Assembly: GCA_041492755.1 (NCBI GenBank)
Contig: JBGPXN010000129.1
Span: 1-13,014, forward strand
Reading direction: 5' to 3'
Origin: Candidatus Methylomirabilia bacterium
GTDB lineage: Bacteria; Methylomirabilota; Methylomirabilia; Rokubacteriales; CSP1-6
DNA length: 13,014 nucleotides
Shown: positions 7,100 through 13,014 of the stretch, piece by piece
Position numbering within the stretch: position 1 is the first letter of the stretch
How the letters are laid out: each line of letters begins with the position of its first letter
Position numbers and translations under genes: made by a program
Notes under the pieces: generated by a model
Told to the model about the DNA's origin: nothing
Database searches by the model: none
The model's input: the letters and a program-made list of their open reading frames with translations, nothing else

Positions 7100-8491
7100 A
7101 TGCGATTCGTCGGGCGGAGGGCCGAGCTGGCTTTTCTCGAGGGCCAGTGGCGGAATCGCGGAGCCCAGTTGATCGTCGTCACCGGCAAGCGCCGGGTGGG
7201 CAAGACGTACCTGCTCAACCAGTGGATCCGGCAAAAGCCCGCCGTCTATTACCTCGCCGATCGCCGGCCGGAGCGGGAGCAGCTTCGCGAGGTCGCCAGG
7301 CGCCTCGGCGCCTACTTCGACGACGCCTTCGTCGCCCGGAAAGGATTCGACGATTGGCTCGAGGTTTTTGCCTACCTCAAGACCAAGGTGACCAGGCGCT
7401 TCGCCCTGGTGATCGACGAGTATCCCTACCTCGCGACCAACAATGCGGCGACCTCGTCTCTCTTCCAGAAAGGCTGGGACGAGACGCTCCATGCCCTGCC
7501 TGTCTACGTCGTCCTGTGCGGGTCCTCCATCGCGATGATGGTCTCCGAGACGCTTGCCCAGTCAGCGCCGCTCTACGGCCGGCGCACCGGGGACGTCCGC
7601 ATCCACCCCCTCGATTTCGAAGAGGTCGTTGAGCTCCTGCCGAAAAAGCTCTCCTTCGAGGAACGCGTCGAGGTCTACGCTACGCTCGGAGGTATGCTGG
7701 GCTACCTCGCCCACTTCGACATGCTGAATGCCGACCTCGAATACAACGTCCGCGAGGAGATCCTCTCGCCGGGCGCATTTCTGTTCCGTGAGGTCGAGTA
7801 CCTCCTCAGCGAGGAGCTCCGGGAGCCAAGGAACTACCTGGCCATCCTGGCCGCCATCGCGCAAGGCAACCGCAAGTTCGGCCAGATCGTCAATGCCACG
7901 AAACTGCCGCCGACGGCGCCGAAGGGCTATCTGGACGTCCTCGCGGAGCTGGAGCTCGTGGAGCGTGAGGTACCGGTCACCGAGCCCATGCCCCACAAGT
8001 CCAAGAAGTCCTTGTATGGGCTCCAGGACCCGTTCGTCGCTCTCTGGTTCGATATCGTCTATCCCTACCGCTCCGACCTCGAGCTCGGGAATACCCAACC
8101 GTCAATCGAGCGGTTTCGCAAATCCTTCCCCGCGGTCATGAGCCGGGCCTACGAGCGGATCGCGCGGGAGACCATCCGCAAGGCGCCGGACCTCCCGTTT
8201 CCCCTCCATCGTGTCGGTCGCTGGTGGGACAGCGGCCACGAGATCGATGTCCTGGGTCTCAACGCCGACGTCAACGGCCTGCTGGCCGGCGAGGTCAAGT
8301 GGAGCAATCAGCCGTTGGGCTCCGAGGTGCTGGCCACCCTCCGCGCCAGGACGGCGCATGTGCAATGGGGGAGACGGGAGCGGCGGGAGGCCTTCGCCTT
8401 GTTCAGCAAGAGCGGATTCACGGCCGACTTGCGTCGCCGGGCAAGGACCGAGGGCATCCTGCTCTTTCATGGCACACGCCGCCTCGCATGA
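7100..8491 (+). CDS. Archaeal-type AAA+ ATPase (ATPase_2) with central winged helix and C-terminal DUF234 PD-(D/E)XK-like domain, about 463 aa
   Basis: MRFVGRRAELAFL N-terminus, Walker A GKRRVGKT, Walker B LVIDEYPY, LCGSS, PLYGRRT. wHTH-like segment NRKFGQIVNATKL...YLDVLAELELVER, then YGLQDPF and GRWW...EIDVLG...AGEVKW. RBS GGGAGG 8 nt before ATG 7100. Confidence 0.88.
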   Translation: MRFVGRRAELAFLEGQWRNRGAQLIVVTGKRRVGKTYLLNQWIRQKPAVYYLADRRPEREQLREVARRLGAYFDDAFVARKGFDDWLEVFAYLKTKVTRRFALVIDEYPYLATNNAATSSLFQKGWDETLHALPVYVVLCGSSIAMMVSETLAQSAPLYGRRTGDVRIHPLDFEEVVELLPKKLSFEERVEVYATLGGMLGYLAHFDMLNADLEYNVREEILSPGAFLFREVEYLLSEELREPRNYLAILAAIAQGNRKFGQIVNATKLPPTAPKGYLDVLAELELVEREVPVTEPMPHKSKKSLYGLQDPFVALWFDIVYPYRSDLELGNTQPSIERFRKSFPAVMSRAYERIARETIRKAPDLPFPLHRVGRWWDSGHEIDVLGLNADVNGLLAGEVKWSNQPLGSEVLATLRARTAHVQWGRRERREAFALFSKSGFTADLRRRARTEGILLFHGTRRLA

Positions 8492-8531
8492 GCGCCGCCA
8501 CCCGTCATCCCATCAGCCGGATGTGCGCGCG

Positions 8532-10007
8532 ATGAGCATGGTGATCCTCGGCGGCATGGTCGTGACGCCCGAACGAGGCGGCGTGCGCGCCGAGCGTGGG
8601 GCGATCGTCGTCGACGGAGACCGGATTGCCCGCGTCGCCTACGGAGCGGACGCTGCCCGGCTCGAGCCGGCCGCGGGAGACCGCGTCATCGACGCCGGAC
8701 GCCGGATCGTCATCCCGGGGCTCGTCGACGCGCACTGCCACGCCTACGGCGCGCTCACCCCCGGACTGGTCGACCGTCTCCCGCTCGACATCCGGATGCC
8801 CGCCCTGGCGGCCACGCTCGCAGGGTGGACCGAGGACGACACGCGCGTCGCCACGCTGCTGGGTGCCTGGCGGATGCTGCGGGGCGGGACGACGACGGTG
8901 CTGGAGAACGTGCTCCAGGGAATCGACGCCGCCGAGCCGGCGATCCGCGCACTGCTGCACGCCGGCATGCGCGCGGTCGTCGGGCCCATGATCGGGGATC
9001 GGCCGTTCCACGAGACGTTGCCCGGTTATCTCGAGCGACTACCCGAGCCTCGCCGCTCGGAAGCGCTGGCCGCTCCCACGCCGTCGCCGAAGGAGCTGGT
9101 GCAGGCCTCCGTCGCGATCGCGCGACGCTGGGACGGCGCGGAAGGACGGATCCGCGTCTGCCTGAGCCCCTCGACGCCGCATCGCTGCACCGACCAGCTT
9201 CTGGAACTGGTGGCGGAGGCCTCGGCGAACGAGCGGCTGGGTGTGCACACGCACCTGCTGGAGACGCGGCCGCAAGCGATGGTAGGCCGGCGCCTGTACG
9301 GACGGACGATGGTCGAGCACCTCGGAGCGCTTGGCCTGCTCGGCCCTCGCCTGTCGTGCGCTCACGCCGTCTGGCTGACCGACGATGACCTCGATCGGCT
9401 CGCGGAGGCTGGCGCCGGTGTCTCGCACAACCCGCTGAGCAACCTCTATCTCGGCAGTGGCATCGCGCGGCTGCCCGAGCTGCTGCGCCGCGGGATCGCC
9501 GTCGGACTCGGCTCGGACGGTCCGAACTGCGGCGCCAGCGGGCCGCTGTTCGAGGTGATGAAGCTGGCCGCGTGCGTCCACCGCATCGCCGAGCCCGACG
9601 GCGACCGCTGGGTCAGCGTGCAGGACGCGTTCCGGATGGCGACGATCGGCGGTGCGCGCGCGCTCGGCCTCGACGCCGAGATCGGCTCGATCGAGCCCGG
9701 CAAGAAGGCGGATCTCGTCCTGCTCGACGCGGAGGCGCCGCACTTCGTCCCCCTGAACGACCCACTGACGCAGCTCGTGTACGGGGAGACCGGGCAGGCC
9801 GTTCAGACCGTCATCGTCAACGGCGAGGTTGTCCTCGACGGCGGGCACCCGACACGGTTCGATCCCGCGCCGCTCGTCGCGGAAGCGCACGAGCGTGGCG
9901 CGCGGCTCCGCGAGCGTGCGCTTCCCCACCTGGCGCGCGCGCGGGAGCTGCATCCTTATCTCGAGGACGCCTACCTGGCGCTGATCCGCGAGTTCGAGGG
10001 CCGATAG
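8532..10007 (+). CDS. Amidohydrolase of the MTA/SAH deaminase / AtzA-TrzN / 8-oxoguanine deaminase-like group, about 491 aa
   Basis: Motifs PGLVDAHCH, GGTTTVLE, HTHLLET (HxxE), CAHAVW, SHNPLSNLYLGSG, GLGSDG, GSIEPGKKADLVL. Start placed at ATG 8532 (MSMVILGG); the track's upstream extension overlaps the ATPase. Confidence 0.88.
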   Translation: MSMVILGGMVVTPERGGVRAERGAIVVDGDRIARVAYGADAARLEPAAGDRVIDAGRRIVIPGLVDAHCHAYGALTPGLVDRLPLDIRMPALAATLAGWTEDDTRVATLLGAWRMLRGGTTTVLENVLQGIDAAEPAIRALLHAGMRAVVGPMIGDRPFHETLPGYLERLPEPRRSEALAAPTPSPKELVQASVAIARRWDGAEGRIRVCLSPSTPHRCTDQLLELVAEASANERLGVHTHLLETRPQAMVGRRLYGRTMVEHLGALGLLGPRLSCAHAVWLTDDDLDRLAEAGAGVSHNPLSNLYLGSGIARLPELLRRGIAVGLGSDGPNCGASGPLFEVMKLAACVHRIAEPDGDRWVSVQDAFRMATIGGARALGLDAEIGSIEPGKKADLVLLDAEAPHFVPLNDPLTQLVYGETGQAVQTVIVNGEVVLDGGHPTRFDPAPLVAEAHERGARLRERALPHLARARELHPYLEDAYLALIREFEGR

Positions 10008-10056
10008 GGGCGATGCCACCGTCCGCTTCTGTTCAAAGGCTTTGACGCTCAGCCGC

Positions 10057-10094
10057 TTGTCGGTTGCACGTTGGCATGCTAGCATGACGGCATG
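10057..10094 (+). promoter_or_regulatory. Putative sigma70 promoter and autoregulatory operator for the small gene pair (probably leaderless)
   Basis: TTGTCG (10057-10062), 17-bp spacer, extended -10 TGcTAGCAT (-10 at 10080-10085), then ATG at 10092. GCATG repeats at 10074, 10082 and 10090 (8-bp period). Palindrome CATGCTAGCATG at 10075-10086. Confidence 0.55.
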
Positions 10095-10409
10095 ACGGAG
10101 AAGGTTGCCGAGCCGCGGATGAGCAGCACCGAAATCAAGGTGATCGGGAAGAGCGGGCAGATCTCGCTCGGCAAAAGCTATGCGGGAAAAACGCTGCGCG
10201 TGGAGAGGCGCGAGGACGGCAGCATCGTACTCACGGCGGTCGCGATGGTGCCCGAAAGCCAGCTCTGGACCGTTGAGGAGCCCGCCCGCTCCCGCATCGC
10301 GCGTGGCTTGGCGTGGGCCGCGGAGACCAGGCCCGACGAGACGGACGTTGACGCACTGCTGAAGCGACGACCACGAGGCATCGGGCGCACGCGTGGCCGC
10401 GGCCGCTAG
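10092..10409 (+). CDS. Putative antitoxin, AbrB/MazE-like N-terminal DNA-binding domain, 105 aa
   Basis: IKVIGKSGQISLGKSYAGKTLRVERREDGSIVLTAV resembles the AbrB swapped hairpin (K..GQI.L...). VPESQLW and a helical tail resemble antitoxin C-termini. Overlaps the downstream small ORF. Alternative start ATG at 10119. Confidence 0.65.
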   Translation: MTEKVAEPRMSSTEIKVIGKSGQISLGKSYAGKTLRVERREDGSIVLTAVAMVPESQLWTVEEPARSRIARGLAWAAETRPDETDVDALLKRRPRGIGRTRGRGR

Positions 10410-10707
10410 CCGCGTCCGCCTGGACCTCAACAGCCCCGGATTCCAGGACGTCTTCTTCCGCCTCGAGCTCGCCGACCTCCAGCAAGTGGTAGCGTCGCTT
10501 CGCCGTCTGCGCGAGCTGGATTGGGTAACGGTCTATCGGCACACCGGCTTCCGGTGGGAAGCCATCGAGCACCTCAGGGCGCCGAACCAGGCCAGGGTGT
10601 TCTCGCTTCGCTTGAGTCAGAAGGTCCGCGCGGTTGCCTACCGGGATGGCGATTTCCTCCGGTTGACATCTCTGCACCCTGACCACGATTCGGCCTACGA
10701 GCGTTGA
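10393..10707 (+). CDS. Putative RelE/ParE-fold toxin-like protein, 104 aa
   Basis: Small basic protein overlapping the upstream gene by 17 bp. It has a RelE-like pattern in FSLRLSQKVRAVAY and a C-terminal HDSAY (cf. the HD.xY termini of RelE/YafQ-like toxins). The fold is inferred. Confidence 0.6.
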   Translation: MAAAASRVRLDLNSPGFQDVFFRLELADLQQVVASLRRLRELDWVTVYRHTGFRWEAIEHLRAPNQARVFSLRLSQKVRAVAYRDGDFLRLTSLHPDHDSAYER

Positions 10708-10802
10708 CTCCTCTTCCCGCCAGAGACGGGAATTGGGTAGGGCCGGTCGACAGTCTGGCGTCAGATTCTGCGGGGTTCGACGTCTCGTAGGACGCCTTTA
10801 GC

Positions 10803-11849
10803 CTACCGCGGCGAATCGGGGTGAGCGGCCTCGCCGCTCCCCAGCACCGTCTCGAAGACGCGCAGCACGTTGCCGCCCATGATCCCTCGAATGGCGTCGT
10901 CGTCGTAGCCGCGCGCGACCAGCCCGCGGGTCACGTTGAGACATTTCGCGAGCGAGTCGAACTCCGGGGGATAGCAGAACTGGAGCGTGGCCATCTCCGT
11001 CCCCGCCCACAGCTCTCGGTACACGTCCGCCGGCCACTGCTCCATGCAGTCGGGCCCGATCCCGACATGGGCGGGCCCGACCAGGCGCGCGAAGTGGTCG
11101 ATGTGATCCAGGAACTGGTCGAGCGTTGCCTCGGTCGAGCCCGAGACGAACTGGGCGAGCATGTGCAGGCCGATCACGCCGCCCCGCGCCGCGATCGCGC
11201 GCGCCAGCGCGTCCGGGAGATTGCGCGGGTGGGGACACAGGGCGCGGGCGTTCGAGTGGGAGGCCATGATGGGGTGGACCGAGGCCTCGACGGTGTCGCG
11301 AATCCCCTCGTCGGCCATGTGCGACACGTCGATGACGATCCCGAGCCGGTTCATCTCGGCCACGGCCGCCTGGCCGAACCGGGTGAGCCCGCCGCCCCCG
11401 CCCGCGGCCACGCCGTCGCCGAGGAGGTTGCGGCCGTTCCAGGTGAGCCCGATGGAGCGGATCCCGAGGCGGTGGAACATCCTCAAGATGCCGAGGTCGT
11501 CGTCGATGGGCATCGCGCCCTCGAACCCGAACACGACGGCCACCTGCCCGTTTTGCTCGGCGCGCCGGAAGTCGTCGGCTCTGAGGACGAGCCTGAAGGC
11601 CGGAGTCTCGGCCAGCTCCGAGTACCAGTAGTCGAGCGCCTGGAGCGCGAACTTCGTGGGCTGCAGCGGGCGGATGTTGCGAAAGGCGAAGGTGGAGAAG
11701 TACGGCGTGTCGCCCGCCACGTGCTCGCAGACGGCCTTGACGCCGCCGGCGCGGAGGAGCGGGAGCTGACGCCGCCCGGCCACGCCGCGCTCGCCGCGGC
11801 TCCGGCCCTCGCTCACGCCCGCGATGAAGTCGGTGTGGGCCGCGAACAC
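10803..11849 (-). CDS. Membrane dipeptidase family (peptidase M19, amidohydrolase superfamily); true start probably upstream, near 11900-11909
   Basis: Motifs AAHTD (HxD), GFEGA, GLTWNGRN, GLTRFG, IDVSH, SHSNARAL.PHPRNL, GGVIG, HIDH, GIGPD, IMGGNVLRV. The frame stays open upstream as LRTLTAGEEERARRLHAEAFV but has no canonical start. Confidence 0.88.
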   Translation of the reverse strand: MFAAHTDFIAGVSEGRSRGERGVAGRRQLPLLRAGGVKAVCEHVAGDTPYFSTFAFRNIRPLQPTKFALQALDYWYSELAETPAFRLVLRADDFRRAEQNGQVAVVFGFEGAMPIDDDLGILRMFHRLGIRSIGLTWNGRNLLGDGVAAGGGGGLTRFGQAAVAEMNRLGIVIDVSHMADEGIRDTVEASVHPIMASHSNARALCPHPRNLPDALARAIAARGGVIGLHMLAQFVSGSTEATLDQFLDHIDHFARLVGPAHVGIGPDCMEQWPADVYRELWAGTEMATLQFCYPPEFDSLAKCLNVTRGLVARGYDDDAIRGIMGGNVLRVFETVLGSGEAAHPDSPR

Positions 11850-11910
11850 GAAGGCCTCGGCGTGCAGCCGCCGCGCCCGCTCCTCCTCCCCCGCGGTCAG
11901 GGTGCGCAGG

Positions 11911-12918
11911 CTACATGCCCGACTGCACCTGCTTGATGAGATCGGGCCCCACCTGCGCCTTGAAGCGCTCGTAGACGGACTTCGCGGCCTCGCGGAAGGC
12001 GGCCAGGTCGGGCTGGGTGACCTTCACGCCGTTCTGCTTCATGACCTCGATCGCTTCCTCGTTGGCGCGCATCGCCCGGGTGCGGTTGGCGGCCTGGCCC
12101 GCCTTGGCCGCTTCCACGATCACCGCCTGGAGATCCGGGGGCAGGGCCTTCCACTTGTCCATGTTCATCATCAAGACGATGGTCGTGAAGATGTGGTTGG
12201 TGATGGCGAGGTTCTTGGCCACCTCGTACAGCTTGGCGTCCCGCATCCCGATGGGGTTGGTGTCCACGGCGTCGATGGTGCCTTGCTGGAGTCCCGTGTA
12301 CACCTCGGGCCACGCCATCGGCACCGGGTTGGCGGCCACCGAGCGCCAGGTGGCCACGTACAGCGGATTCTCGATCACGCGCACCTTGAGCCCTTTGGCG
12401 TCGGCCACCGTGTTGACCGCGCGGCTGCGAATGAGGAGCTGGCGGTAGCCCCACTCGCCGGCGACCAGGCCCTTGATCCCCTTGGGCTCGAGCATGCTCA
12501 TCATGCGCTGGCCGATGGCCCCGTCGAGCGAGCGGTGGACGTGGCCCGCGTCCTTCCAGATGAACGGCAGCTCGGTGAGACCGAAGGTGGGCTCGACCGC
12601 GGCCACGATGCCGGCTCCGATGATCCCGAAGTCCAGCTCACCCGTCCTGAGATTCGCCATCATCTCGGTCTCGCCCCCGAGCTGGGCCTTGTCGAAGAGC
12701 ACGACGCTGATCCGCCCGCCACTCTTGGCCTTGGCCGTCTCGCCGAACGTGGTGGCGAACTCGCCGCCCAGCGCATCGCGGCTGATGACGATCCCCAGCC
12801 GGTAATTGTAGGCGGCCTGCTGACTGCTGGCGGGCGCCACCAGTCCCAGCCCAGCCAGAGCGAGGATGCCGGCCAGGGCGCCGGCCAGAAGCGTGAGCTG
12901 ACGTCTGCGTGATGTCAT
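11911..12918 (-). CDS. dctP: TRAP transporter solute-binding protein (DctP family), 335 aa
   Basis: Signal peptide (MTSRRRQLTLLAG..., Tat-like RR). Motifs QLGGETEM, ELPFIW, GYRQL, GLKVRV (conserved Arg), PMAWPEVYTGLQQGTIDA, KLYEVAK, WKALPPDLQ. RBS AGGAGAGG upstream. Confidence 0.92.
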   Translation of the reverse strand: MTSRRRQLTLLAGALAGILALAGLGLVAPASSQQAAYNYRLGIVISRDALGGEFATTFGETAKAKSGGRISVVLFDKAQLGGETEMMANLRTGELDFGIIGAGIVAAVEPTFGLTELPFIWKDAGHVHRSLDGAIGQRMMSMLEPKGIKGLVAGEWGYRQLLIRSRAVNTVADAKGLKVRVIENPLYVATWRSVAANPVPMAWPEVYTGLQQGTIDAVDTNPIGMRDAKLYEVAKNLAITNHIFTTIVLMMNMDKWKALPPDLQAVIVEAAKAGQAANRTRAMRANEEAIEVMKQNGVKVTQPDLAAFREAAKSVYERFKAQVGPDLIKQVQSGM

Positions 12919-12967
12919 GGAACCTCTCCTCGTTTCTTGGCCGGCTGTCTCTGGCCGCCCGCGTCGG

Positions 12968-12997
12968 ACTATAGGAGCGAGCCCTCGCGGGTGTCAA
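12968..12997 (-). promoter_or_regulatory. Near-consensus sigma70 promoter for the dctP-dipeptidase operon
   Basis: On the - strand: TTGACA (12997-12992), 18-bp spacer, TATAGT (12973-12968). About 50 bp upstream of the dctP ATG. Confidence 0.75.
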
Positions 12998-13014
12998 CGC
13001 GAGCCGCCGGCGTC

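Noticed and set aside
8211..8531. Overlapping N-terminal extension of the 598-aa ORF into the ATPase gene
   Set aside because: Alternate-frame read-through of the ATPase 3' end. Amidohydrolase-like sequence begins at MSMVILGG (8532).
10714..10732. Hairpin ttcccg...cgggaa after the toxin-like gene as an intrinsic terminator
   Set aside because: The stem is only 6 bp and lacks a U-tract on either strand.
10771..10787. T-arm-like hairpin cgggg-ttcgacg-tctcg suggesting a tRNA remnant or att site
   Set aside because: No matching acceptor stem, D arm, proper anticodon loop or CCA. The stem relies on two G-U pairs, and there is no integrase nearby.

Overview
High-GC bacterial window, possibly from Candidatus Rokubacteria/Methylomirabilota (a tentative inference from the style of the intergenic repeats). 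It is dominated by a nitrogen-scavenging, C-N hydrolase cluster. A leftward operon (amidohydrolase, nitrilase-family amidase, amidohydrolase) is divergent from a rightward SsuABC/TauABC-type ABC transporter followed by an MTA/SAH-deaminase/AtzA-like amidohydrolase. A convergent operon encodes a stand-alone TRAP DctP solute-binding protein and an M19 dipeptidase, behind a near-consensus sigma70 promoter. Several accessory elements are interleaved: (1) a Phd/YefM antitoxin gene at the left edge that the ORF track missed; (2) an AAA ATPase-wHTH-DUF234 (PD-(D/E)XK-like) gene inside the ABC operon, preceded by a perfect 24-bp AT-rich palindrome; (3) an uncharacterised AbrB-like/RelE-like toxin-antitoxin-type pair with a probable leaderless promoter overlapped by 8-bp-periodic GCATG repeats; (4) a 125-bp MITE-like element; (5) a 110-bp-period tandem REP-like repeat. 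All family calls rest on motif recognition by eye; no searches were run.
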